DNA of 64,000 nucleotides from a bacterium (GTDB lineage Bacteria > Patescibacteriota > Minisyncoccia > Phycocordibacterales > JBBTRF01): positions 325,765 through 389,764 of the forward strand of contig JBAXTI010000001.1 in assembly GCA_037130265.1 (NCBI GenBank). Reading direction: 5' to 3'. Within the stretch, counting starts at the first letter, position 1; each line of letters starts with the position of its first letter. Both the position numbers and the translations under genes were made by a program. The notes under the pieces are model-generated. The model did not search any database and was not told the origin of the DNA. It saw only the letters and a list, made by a program, of their open reading frames with translations. Shown piece by piece: positions 54,001 through 62,342 of the stretch.

Positions 54001-56068
54001 CTCAAGTACCGGTGGCACCTCAACCACCACCGCCTTTACGGTGTTGGCGAATGGAAATGTGGGCATCGGGACGTCGAGTCCGGCAGACAAGCTCGATGTG
54101 GCTGGATTTATAAAAACTGCGAAAATCCCTTTTGCAACCAATACTGCCTTAACAGCGGTAACAACAAGAGCCATGTCTTCTGTGGAATATAAAGGCAAGC
54201 TTTACGTTGGAACTTCAGATGGCAATGTGTATGTCTACGATGGATCAACATGGACATTTTCTTATAACAATGGATCGGGCCCAGTAATCGGGTTAGTGGT
54301 TTACAATGGAAATCTGTATGCAGCTTTTCAGAATGTGGGTGTAATTTCTTTTAATGGAAGTACTTGGGGCTCAGCCTTAGGGTCGCTGCCAACTTATATC
54401 TATCAAATGGCTGTTTATAATAGCAAGCTTTACGTGTCTATTTATGATGGTGGTGCAAGTCAAGTGAAGATGTATACCTTTGACGATACTTCTTGGGTTG
54501 AGTTGACAAATATTCCGTATTATCACAGCGCGGATCAGTATGGCATTAGAACCCTAGCTGTCTATAACGGGAAATTGTACGGTGGAAATGGTCTAGGAGA
54601 GGTATACGCTTTTGATGGTTCAAGCTGGGCACTCTTGACTGACTTAGGAGCATTTAGCATTACAACTTTTGGGACATACAAAGGGAAATTGTTTGCAAGT
54701 GGTGGTGGCAATGTGTATTCATTTGATGGAAGCACGTGGTCCTCATCTTTATACTCAACCGGATATCAGATAAACAGTTTTGTTGAATATGCTGGAAAGC
54801 TATATATTGGGGCTGCCAACGGAAATCCAGCTATTTATATGGTTTCCTACGACGGAAACTCGTTTACCGCAGAGACATCTGTGAATGCTTCGTTTACTGA
54901 TTATATAACTTCAGGTACGGTGTATAACGGAAAATTATATATGACAGGATCGTCGGCTCTAATGTATTCCGAACGTCTCGAATCGCAACTTGCGAAGGCG
55001 TATGATCCGACCCTAGTTCCATTCAATGAGCAGTATCAGAATTTCACCAAGAATCTTACCGTGACGGGCAACGTCGGCATCGGCACCACTTCTCCCGCCG
55101 CCCGCCTCTCCGTCACCCAATCCGCCAACACCAACGCCGGCGGCCTCTGGCTCGCCGGCACTGATGGCGACTATCGCGCCATCTACATGTCCGACACCAG
55201 CGGTACCCTCTCCTTCAACGGTGGAGACAATGCGGGCACCCTCAATACCGCGAGCCTCAACTCTGCCGGAGCCTGGATCAACGCTTCAGACCGCTCATAC
55301 AAGGAGAACATCGTTGATTTCTCCACCAAATACACCCTCGATGACATCATGAAGCTCGAACCTCGCTTCTACACCATGAAAGGCACCGGCAAGCCACAAA
55401 TCGGCTTCATCGCTCAAGAAGTGAAGCTGGTTATCCCTGAAGTGGTGGAAGGCGTGGACGGCTCCATGGGTGTCTCCTACGGCAACATGGTGGCCATTGC
55501 AATCCAGGGGATTAAGGAGTTGAATACGACCCTGCGCGAAGTGGGAACAAAGATCGCAGGGTTTGCGGATAAGATCATGTCAAGAGAAATCGTTGTTTCT
55601 GAAAGAATCTGCATCAACACCACCTGTGTCACTGAAGATCAGCTGAAATTACTCCTGAAAAATGCCGCTGCTCTCGCTTCAACTCCGGCTTCGACCCCGA
55701 CCCAAAGCTCGTCTGGCGATACCGCCACCACAACACTCGACACCACCGCCCCAGTCATTACACTCAATGGCAATAACCCTGCTCAAATAGAGAAGAATGC
55801 CAGCTATCTTGATCTCGGTGCGACCGTTACAGATAACGTGAGTCTGAACCTTGGCTATCTGACCACAGGTGACCAGATCGATACCACCGTCCCAGGGACT
55901 TACACCGTGACTTACACCGCCACCGACGTTGCCGGCAACACGGCTACCGCTTCGCGCACGGTGATTGTCTCTGATCCTGCGGCGCCAGCGCCCGTTGACC
56001 CTGCACCCACCGAGAGTGCCCCAGCTCCAGTCGACCCTGCACCAACACCCATTGAAGTAGCACCGTAG
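51080..56068 (+). CDS. Giant (1662 aa) surface protein: fibre-like Gly/Thr/Ser repeats, beta-propeller, Peptidase_S74 intramolecular-chaperone domain, Ig-like domain and Pro-rich tail
   Basis: N-terminal TM/signal anchor (the start may be the ATG at 51113). More than ten G(N/Y)VGIGTTSP(x)KL(S/H)V motifs. A YNGKLY/FDGS(S/T)W repeat set forms a ~6-7-blade propeller. S74 motif SDRSYKENIV...GFIAQEV...PEVV...IQGIKEL. Ig-like segment GTYTVTYTATDVAGNTATASRTVIV. Tail PAAPAPVDPAPTESAPAPVDPAPT. Confidence 0.6.
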   Translation: MLFCAISLAPSMLDILNTIGAAIITAFSSIALLFSASTAPAAVVVSQQGTTASSVSSSTLAVTTDSGTASTTVFNTYITQPVIERIVERAGETAATSGDSSTFVTQQEFTQKLNTLSATLGRSLYGNSYPAPSTNYGGGGVQNMISLSNKIDQLTNTVITTPTITGATINGGTISATTAAFSGDATLSSTTASSLTVTGLSSFAGLTTLGYASTTQIGSTGSAYFATSGGSVGIGTTSPSDLLAVNGAVYLAATTPAVTSNRLYNSSGDLYWGGNLVSGAAVGTWTSTSGNVYRPTGNVGIGTTSPWRALSVNGSSDLGNNALAGSFTSTTTTATSTFAGGFSAASSTFNILNHNGYVGIGTTTPKRMLHLSSVTSATDQMIRAESSVSTNGATILTMNDVGDIFQFVMNGSNIGNGFVSTTNNAARLQSTGAGGMILNTTNASAPIVFGTGGVALANERMRLTSTGNLGIGTSTPGQKLSVAGDILGNNIIGSYFTATSTIASSTLSTGGLAIGTSQFVVQQNSGRVGIGIANPTEKLHVTGLRTNNSARILVTDENGAIARLNADGYNNGTDAAANLFLSGDGNQGIKMVSGGVSSYITAGSTGVSITGAGTGYGLTLAGPTNTLGGTLSTDSSGSSVWVPLTITANDSQATNVLSVGKSSSAGSYLLMNSSGNLGIGTTTPGQKLSVAGDILGNNIIGSYFTATSSTATSTFLGGATFATGGGNVGIGTATTDALLSVVSPNNAVDTILSVRTNNLSQGVGIGYSSIRAIGSSANVDLTIAAKGSGTAYLGDSGNGFFVSPSVAGASISTNGITRFSLIDGVAAFATDGFSITANSATAATIMGGNVGIGTASPADKLQVTGGNILLDAGGSIQFGSTGLNSVGIKGYWAGSGSYMHVYSVGDIRNYLDANNNSINNFEIYGNVAEGTTEGALFTVQDTGNVGIGTTTPYAKLSLSANHTGTHNPTLFAIASSTGGTSTTTAFTVLANGNVGIGTSSPADKLDVAGFIKTAKIPFATNTALTAVTTRAMSSVEYKGKLYVGTSDGNVYVYDGSTWTFSYNNGSGPVIGLVVYNGNLYAAFQNVGVISFNGSTWGSALGSLPTYIYQMAVYNSKLYVSIYDGGASQVKMYTFDDTSWVELTNIPYYHSADQYGIRTLAVYNGKLYGGNGLGEVYAFDGSSWALLTDLGAFSITTFGTYKGKLFASGGGNVYSFDGSTWSSSLYSTGYQINSFVEYAGKLYIGAANGNPAIYMVSYDGNSFTAETSVNASFTDYITSGTVYNGKLYMTGSSALMYSERLESQLAKAYDPTLVPFNEQYQNFTKNLTVTGNVGIGTTSPAARLSVTQSANTNAGGLWLAGTDGDYRAIYMSDTSGTLSFNGGDNAGTLNTASLNSAGAWINASDRSYKENIVDFSTKYTLDDIMKLEPRFYTMKGTGKPQIGFIAQEVKLVIPEVVEGVDGSMGVSYGNMVAIAIQGIKELNTTLREVGTKIAGFADKIMSREIVVSERICINTTCVTEDQLKLLLKNAAALASTPASTPTQSSSGDTATTTLDTTAPVITLNGNNPAQIEKNASYLDLGATVTDNVSLNLGYLTTGDQIDTTVPGTYTVTYTATDVAGNTATASRTVIVSDPAAPAPVDPAPTESAPAPVDPAPTPIEVAP
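52478..52580. repeat. Internal direct repeat copy 1 (~100 bp; encodes GNLGIGTSTPGQKLSVAGDILGNNIIGSYFTATS)
   Basis: Near-identical at the nucleotide level to 53102..53205, inside the giant gene. Confidence 0.7.
53102..53205. repeat. Internal direct repeat copy 2 (~100 bp)
   Basis: About 95% identical to 52478..52580 and in the same reading frame. Confidence 0.7.
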
Positions 56069-56073
56069 ATGAC

Positions 56074-57426
56074 TTGTATGCTATGATTTCGCCTATGGAA
56101 CGAACGTATATCCGCGACCTCGCGGGCAAAAAGGGGCAGGAAGTAAGTATTTCTGGTTGGGTGGACATCCGCCGCGATCAGGGCAAGCTTATTTTCTTTG
56201 ATTTCCGCGATGTGAGTGGCAAAGTGCAAGGCGTCATTCTCCCGAACGCCAAAGACGCACATGCTGTCGGTAGCACCCTTCGCCCAGAATGGGTGGTACA
56301 GGTGCACGGCAAGGTCAATCCTCGACCAGAGCGAAACGTGCAGAAGGACAAGCAGAACGGCGACATCGAGCTTGAGATTTTGGGGATCAAGGTGCTCTCC
56401 GAAGCCAAGGAGGTACCATTCGCCTTGGGGGCGGAAACCAATCTCGACACTCATCTCGACCACCTGCCATTCACGCTCCGCAGCCCTCGCTCGCGAGATA
56501 TTTTCACCATGCAAGCGTCGATCCTTCGTGCGTACCGCGACTCACTCGCGTCTCAAGGCTTCACCGAGTTCATCTCTCCAGCACTTGTGGGTGGAGATGC
56601 AGAGGGCGGGGCAGCAGCATTCAAAGTCGAATACTTCAAAGACAAGACCGCCTTTCTTGCGACCAGTCCGCAGTTCTACAAGCAGATCATGGTCGGACCT
56701 TTCGAGAAGGCGTTTACCGTAGCGAAAATCTTCCGAGCCGAGAAGAGCGCGACCACTCGACACCTCAGCGAAGCAACCTGCCTCGACTTTGAGATGGGCT
56801 TCATCCAGGACGAAACCGCGCCCATGCGAGTGCTCGAAAACGCCATCCGCGACACTGTGAAGGCGGTCAGCGCCGACCACGCCGATATCTTTGCTCGTTT
56901 TGGTACCAACGCACCATTGATTCCAGCAAAGATTCCTGTGTTTACCTTGAAAGAAGCTCAGGACCTTGTCGCCAAGGAGTACAATCGTGCAATCGAGGAC
57001 ACCAACGATATGGCGCCAGAGGACGAGCGACAGATCTGCGAGTATGCGAAGAAAAACCTTGGTTCAGATTTCGTATTCATCACCCGATTCCCAACAAAGA
57101 AGCGTGCCTTCTACACCTACGAGGAGCCGAGCGAGGCACCGTTCTCACGTGGTTTCGACTTACTCTTCCGCGGGCTGGAGATAAACAGCGGGGCACAGCG
57201 CATCCACAACTACGAAGCGCTCGTCGCCCGCATGAAGGAGCGCGGCCTCAATCCGGATAAGTTTTCATTTTATCTCCAGGCTTTCAAGTACGGCATGCCA
57301 CCACATGGAGGATCATCAACAGGTCTTGAGCGTTTCACTGCTCGCATGTTGGAAATTCCAAACGTCAAAGAGGCGACCACTTTCCCTCGAGATATGAATC
57401 GTATCGATAATTTGTTGAGTCAGTAA
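56074..57426 (+). CDS. aspS: Aspartate--tRNA ligase, archaeal/eukaryal type (class IIb; likely non-discriminating)
   Basis: OB-fold N-domain plus motifs [60 protein letters not shown] and C-terminal FPRD. These match archaeal-type AspRS, not bacterial AspS. The start may be the ATG at 56095. Confidence 0.8.
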   Translation: [450 protein letters not shown]

Positions 57427-57467
57427 GAAGACGGCAAAAAGAGACAGGAAAGTTGCTTGTATATGTA

Positions 57468-57535
57468 GGAGCGGGGCTTTTTGAGTAGGTGCGGATTTGT
57501 CATACTTTCCTCATACTTTTGTATGATAAATCCGC
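57468..57535. repeat. Copy B of the repeated element: AGGAGCGGGG box plus a 45-nt hairpin (GCGGATTTGTCATAC-N15-GTATGATAAATCCGC)
   Basis: Lies in the aspS-scpA spacer. The stem is ~95% identical to copy A, the loop is the reverse complement of the copy A loop, and the flanking box has the same orientation. Confidence 0.55.
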
Positions 57536-57591
57536 ACTGACGAAAAAACAGTGGCGGACACCCCTCTCTTATTTTGATACAATAAGCCCCA

Positions 57592-58383
57592 ATGAACGGC
57601 GCACGCGACAATTCCACCTTCAAGATCAAAACCGAAGTCTTCGAAGGTCCGCTCGACCTGTTGTTGAGCTTGATTGAAAAGCGCAAACTACTGGTAAATG
57701 ACATTTCGCTCGCCAAGGTGACCGACGACTACATCGCCTTCCTGCAAAATCGCGGAGGTGGTGGTACAGATGCGAACAACCTCGGCGATCCGACCGCTGC
57801 GCCATTTCCTATGGCGGAAAGTGCCAACTTCATCCTCATTGCTTCGACACTCCTACTCATTAAATCGAAGTCACTGCTGCCAACCCTGTCGCTCACCGAA
57901 GAAGAAAAGGGCAGTATCGAAGACCTCGAGACGCGCCTGAAAATGTATCAGAAGATCAAGGAACTCTCGCTACATGTGAAGGAGCGTTTCGGCGCTACCC
58001 CGATTTTCGCCAAGACAGAATCGAAGACTGCGGTGCCAGTGTTTTCACCTGAGCCAGAGATTACACCTGCCGGTGTCCTTGCGGCAATCAAAGAGGTCAT
58101 TCGCAATCTGCCAAAAAAAGAATTCATCCCGAAGGCAGTCGTGCGCAAGGTAATGAGCCTCGAGGAGATGATCGTGAATCTCACCTCGCGTATCCAATCG
58201 AGCATCAAAATGAGTTTCAAGGATTTTGCGGGAGTGGGGAAGCAAGAGCGTGTGCATGTTATCGTGAGCTTCCTCGCCATGCTCGAGCTGGTGAAGCAGG
58301 GCGTCGTCGATGTCACACAGGATGCGCATTTTCAAGATATCACCATCGAGACGCAGGCTGTCGGCGTTCCGAGGTATAATTAA
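57592..58383 (+). CDS. scpA: Segregation and condensation protein A
   Basis: ScpA N-terminal motif FEGPLDLLLSLIEKRKLLVNDISLAKVTDDYIAFL plus the C-terminal winged helix. Confidence 0.85.
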   Translation: MNGARDNSTFKIKTEVFEGPLDLLLSLIEKRKLLVNDISLAKVTDDYIAFLQNRGGGGTDANNLGDPTAAPFPMAESANFILIASTLLLIKSKSLLPTLSLTEEEKGSIEDLETRLKMYQKIKELSLHVKERFGATPIFAKTESKTAVPVFSPEPEITPAGVLAAIKEVIRNLPKKEFIPKAVVRKVMSLEEMIVNLTSRIQSSIKMSFKDFAGVGKQERVHVIVSFLAMLELVKQGVVDVTQDAHFQDITIETQAVGVPRYN

Positions 58384-58388
58384 TTTCC

Positions 58389-58991
58389 ATGAATCTCCCC
58401 CTTTCAGCACAACTCGAAGCGCTCCTTTTCTGGAAAGGTGAGCCTGTGACGCACAAGCGTGTCGCGGAGATTTTGAAGACGACGAACCCGGGCCTCACGC
58501 CGGAGGCGCTGAACCTTGCGATCACCGAGCTCGAGACAGCGCTGGCGAGCCGGGGCGGCGGGCTAGTATTGGTGCAAAAAGACGACGAGCTCATGCTCGG
58601 CACCGCACCTGCGGCCGCACCCCTCATCGAGCAGCTCACCCGCGAAGATCTCACTCGCGACCTCGGCAAGGCCGGCCTCGAGACCCTCTCAATTGTCCTC
58701 TACAAAGGTCCGATCAGCCGCCGCGAAATCGACAATATCCGCGGCGTCAATTCGACTTTCATCCTTCGCAACCTTCTCATTCGCGGTCTAGTGGAGAAAG
58801 TGAATTCGCCCGAAGACCAGCGTGCCTTTTTGTACAAGCCCACCATGCAGCTCATCACTTTCATGGGTCTCACCAAACCGGAAGAGCTTCCTGAATACGA
58901 GGCCATGCGACAAAGCGCCGTCGTGACGAACGATGATCCAGCCGACACACCAGCAGCCGAGCTGGTTGCACCTGAGGCCGCAACAGAGTAG
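58389..58991 (+). CDS. scpB: Segregation and condensation protein B
   Basis: Tandem winged-helix domains (LEALLFWKGEPVTHKRVAEIL...; ...LETLSIVLYKGPISRREIDNIRGV). Confidence 0.85.
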   Translation: MNLPLSAQLEALLFWKGEPVTHKRVAEILKTTNPGLTPEALNLAITELETALASRGGGLVLVQKDDELMLGTAPAAAPLIEQLTREDLTRDLGKAGLETLSIVLYKGPISRREIDNIRGVNSTFILRNLLIRGLVEKVNSPEDQRAFLYKPTMQLITFMGLTKPEELPEYEAMRQSAVVTNDDPADTPAAELVAPEAATE

Positions 58992-59015
58992 TATATTTTT
59001 ACGCGCTTAACACCA

Positions 59016-59987
59016 ATGATACGTACTGGAAAATACGAAGCAGCAGGATTCGGAAGCCTCCTCATTGCAGGCAGCTTGGTTTCCGTGCACGCGCTTTTCC
59101 CAGTCTTTTCTGCGACCATTTCTGCAAAGCTCACCGCACTCAACCTCGCGGGCGCACACGCTGCAGTTACTGAAACCCTTCCCACAAAGACACCTTTCCA
59201 GGTACCATTTGCTCTGGAAGCAAGTGCAGCGTACGTCATCGACACCGTCACTGGTGAAGTCCTTTTCTCGCGGAACGGCACCACCAGCCTCCCGCTCGCT
59301 TCAGTGACCAAGCTCATGACCGCACTCACTGCGTACGAGCAGCTGCCACCATCGACAGTGGCCGTAATCCGCTCCAGCGACATTGTGCAAGAAGGGGACA
59401 GCGGTCTCCTTGCCAACGAACATTGGCGATTGAAAGACCTCCTCGACTTCACCCTCCTTGTTTCTTCCAACGACGGCGCGAGTGCCCTCGCTTCAGCGAG
59501 CATGGCATTTAGCACGAGCTCACAAGACGCCGACATACAAAAGAGAGAATTTGTGACCCTCATGAATCAAAAGGCGCAGAAGCTTGGCCTCACTAGCACG
59601 TATTTCAGCAATGAAAGCGGGTTGGATATTAGCTCCACCACCGCTGGCGCCTACGGTTCTGCGAAAGATATGACGACACTCTTTTCGTACATCCTCGACA
59701 ATCATCCAGAGATGATCGAAGCCACCCGATATGAGAAGGTGAGTTTCACCTCAATTGACGACTTCCGGCATCCAGCCAAAAATACCAACGAAGCGGTGAA
59801 CGCGATTCCCGGACTGATTGGTTCGAAGACCGGACTCACCGACCTTGCTGGCGGCAATCTTGTGGTGGCGATGGACATCGGCTTTCAGCACCCAGTGATC
59901 ATTGCAGTGCTTGGCTCTTCGGAGGAGGGCCGTTTCAGCGACACTGAAGCACTCGCCAGCTCGACGCTTGCGTATTTTCGACAATAG
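59016..59987 (+). CDS. D-alanyl-D-alanine carboxypeptidase (serine-type, S11/PBP5-like)
   Basis: N-terminal signal anchor plus SxxK (ASVTKLMT), SxN (SSNDGA) and KTG (SKTGLT) motifs. Confidence 0.8.
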   Translation: MIRTGKYEAAGFGSLLIAGSLVSVHALFPVFSATISAKLTALNLAGAHAAVTETLPTKTPFQVPFALEASAAYVIDTVTGEVLFSRNGTTSLPLASVTKLMTALTAYEQLPPSTVAVIRSSDIVQEGDSGLLANEHWRLKDLLDFTLLVSSNDGASALASASMAFSTSSQDADIQKREFVTLMNQKAQKLGLTSTYFSNESGLDISSTTAGAYGSAKDMTTLFSYILDNHPEMIEATRYEKVSFTSIDDFRHPAKNTNEAVNAIPGLIGSKTGLTDLAGGNLVVAMDIGFQHPVIIAVLGSSEEGRFSDTEALASSTLAYFRQ

Positions 59988-60039
59988 AATAGCCACGCGT
60001 CTCTCACTCGTCGTAGTGAGGCTGTGATATGATATCGGA

Positions 60040-61134
60040 ATGAGAAGTGGCAAGATTGACAAGCTTTTTTTGTGGACTTCGATCGCGCTCGTCGCGGTCG
60101 GCATCACCATCTTCATCTCCGCCTCACTCGGTCTTTTGAGCCGCTCCGGCTCGCTGTATTCCGGCGTCGTTTTCAATCACCTTTTCTTCGGCTTGGGTCT
60201 TGGCAGCATTGCTTTTATCATCACGTCGCGTATCCACTATCGCAAATGGCGCACATACTCGTTTCATATTTTTGCCGCAACCCTCCTACTCGCAGCGCTC
60301 GTCTTCGTCCCAGGAATCGGCCTCAAACACGGCGGGGCGAGTAGATGGGTCAACTTCGGTTTCATCTCATTTCAGCCCTCTGAACTCCTAAAAATGGGCT
60401 ACCTCTTCTATCTTGCTGCTTGGCTCTCGGGCGCCAAAGAGAAGGTGGCGACGTTGAAAAAAGGGTTGTTTCCATTTGTCATTATCACAGGTATTGTCGG
60501 GGCACTCATGCTTCTCCAGCCAGATACCGCCACCTTCGGAGTCATGGTCTTTGCTGGTTTGGCGATGTATATCGTGGCGGGGGCACCATTCAAACACCTC
60601 GCCACTCTTGTTGTCGGTGGGGCAGCGATCCTGGCGCTACTCATTTTTCAGCGCCCATATCTCATGCAGCGCGTGCAGACATTTATTGATCCCGCGAGCG
60701 ACGCGAGCGGGTCGGGATATCAGATCCAGCAATCGCTCATTGCCATCGGCTCCGGCCAATTGACCGGCCGCGGCTTCGGACAGAGCATTCAAAAGTTCAA
60801 TTTCTTGCCAGAGCCCATTGGCGACTCTATTTTTGCGGTTGCGAGTGAAGAATTCGGGTTTGTCGGCAGCCTCACGATCATCCTGGTTATCTGTTTCTTT
60901 GCCTTGCAAGTATTCAAAATCGCCACCCGAGCCCCCGACCCATTCGGTGGACTGTTGGCCGTGGGAATTGGTATACTGATGGTGTCGCAGTCGTTTGTGA
61001 ATATCGCCTCGATGCTCGGTGTGATACCGTTGTCGGGCCTGCCACTGGTATTTGTGAGTCATGGCGGCACGGCACTGTTCTGCTCATTGGCTGAGCTCGG
61101 CATCCTCTGCAATATTTCGAAATACCGTACATAG
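60040..61134 (+). CDS. ftsW: SEDS-family peptidoglycan glycosyltransferase FtsW/RodA (called ftsW from its murG neighbourhood)
   Basis: 10-TM SEDS architecture with conserved FQPSELLK and PLVFVSHGGTAL segments, directly upstream of murG. Confidence 0.8.
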   Translation: MRSGKIDKLFLWTSIALVAVGITIFISASLGLLSRSGSLYSGVVFNHLFFGLGLGSIAFIITSRIHYRKWRTYSFHIFAATLLLAALVFVPGIGLKHGGASRWVNFGFISFQPSELLKMGYLFYLAAWLSGAKEKVATLKKGLFPFVIITGIVGALMLLQPDTATFGVMVFAGLAMYIVAGAPFKHLATLVVGGAAILALLIFQRPYLMQRVQTFIDPASDASGSGYQIQQSLIAIGSGQLTGRGFGQSIQKFNFLPEPIGDSIFAVASEEFGFVGSLTIILVICFFALQVFKIATRAPDPFGGLLAVGIGILMVSQSFVNIASMLGVIPLSGLPLVFVSHGGTALFCSLAELGILCNISKYRT

Positions 61135-61184
61135 CAGGCGCGCCACATAGATACTCGCATACCAAACTCAATTATTTTTATCAA

Positions 61185-62312
61185 ATGAAAATCGTTTTTA
61201 CCGGCGGAGGCACAGGCGGGCATTTCTATCCGATTATTGCGGTGGCTGAAGAGGTGGCGGCACTAAGCAAGGAGCGCAAGCTGCTCGACCCTGAGCTCAT
61301 CTACATGGCCAACACGCCATACAACGAAAACCTTCTTTTCTCGAAGGGCATTCGTTTCGTTTCGACACCAGCCGGCAAAGTACGCCGATATTTTTCTTTG
61401 CTCAATGTCACCGACGCGATCAAGACCGCTTGGGGCGTGTGTCTCACTTTGGTGAAGCTTTTTCAGATTTATCCTGATGTCGTGTTTGGCAAGGGTGGGT
61501 ATGTGAGTTTTCCGACGTTGTTTGCAGCGCGACTCTTGCGAATTCCGATAGTCATTCACGAATCGGATAGTCGCCCAGGACGTGTGAACGCCTGGGCGGG
61601 GAAGTTCGCTAAGCGTATTGCTTTGTCGTATCCACAATCGGCAGAATTTTTCCCGGCAGACAAGACGGCCCTCACCGGCAACCCAATCCGACAAGAGATC
61701 CGCGAGCCTTTGACCAACGGCGCGTACGAATATTTTGGCTTTCAGAAAGACATTCCGACCATCCTCATTTTGGGTGGATCACAGGGCGCTGTCACGATTA
61801 ACGAAAATTTGATGGACATTTTGCCTGATCTTGTCGAAACATTTCAGATCATTCACCAAACGGGAAAGGCCAATCTTGAGGCTGTTCAGCGCACTGCAGA
61901 TGTGGTCCTTGGGGACAGCAAACACAAAGACCGCTACAAGGCCTTCGACTATTTAGATGACCTCAACATGCGCATGGCGGCTGGGGTATCACAGCTGGCG
62001 ATCTCCCGAGCCGGTTCCACGATTTTTGAGCTTGCTGCGTGGGGCATTCCGAGTATCATTATTCCAATCAACGAAACAGTCTCGCATGACCAGGTCCACA
62101 ACGCCTTCAACTACGCTCGTGCTGGTGGCTGTATCGTGATTGAAGAAGGAAACCTTTCGCCACATTTACTACAGACGGAAATCCAACGCCTTTTTGAAAC
62201 AGCCGACCTGCTCCCGACGATGTCTGTTGCTGCGAAAAAATTTAGTCGCCTCGACGCCGCTCGCCTTATTGCTGAAGAGATCCTCGGCATCGCATTGCAG
62301 CACGAGAAATAG
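61185..62312 (+). CDS. murG: UDP-N-acetylglucosamine--N-acetylmuramyl-(pentapeptide)-pyrophosphoryl-undecaprenol N-acetylglucosamine transferase
   Basis: N-terminal GGGTGGHFYPIIAVAEE and C-terminal GT-B motifs (ISRAGSTIFELAAWGIPSIIIP). Confidence 0.9.
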   Translation: MKIVFTGGGTGGHFYPIIAVAEEVAALSKERKLLDPELIYMANTPYNENLLFSKGIRFVSTPAGKVRRYFSLLNVTDAIKTAWGVCLTLVKLFQIYPDVVFGKGGYVSFPTLFAARLLRIPIVIHESDSRPGRVNAWAGKFAKRIALSYPQSAEFFPADKTALTGNPIRQEIREPLTNGAYEYFGFQKDIPTILILGGSQGAVTINENLMDILPDLVETFQIIHQTGKANLEAVQRTADVVLGDSKHKDRYKAFDYLDDLNMRMAAGVSQLAISRAGSTIFELAAWGIPSIIIPINETVSHDQVHNAFNYARAGGCIVIEEGNLSPHLLQTEIQRLFETADLLPTMSVAAKKFSRLDAARLIAEEILGIALQHEK

Positions 62313-62342
62313 GCGAATAATTTTGCCCGGCGTTCATTTTTA

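Noticed and set aside
57420-57716. Two small ORFs (57489..57677 +, 57420..57716 -) in the aspS-scpA spacer
   Set aside because: Both are generated by the palindromic repeat element, so each strand carries an ATG. They have no homology and overlap the scpA start.
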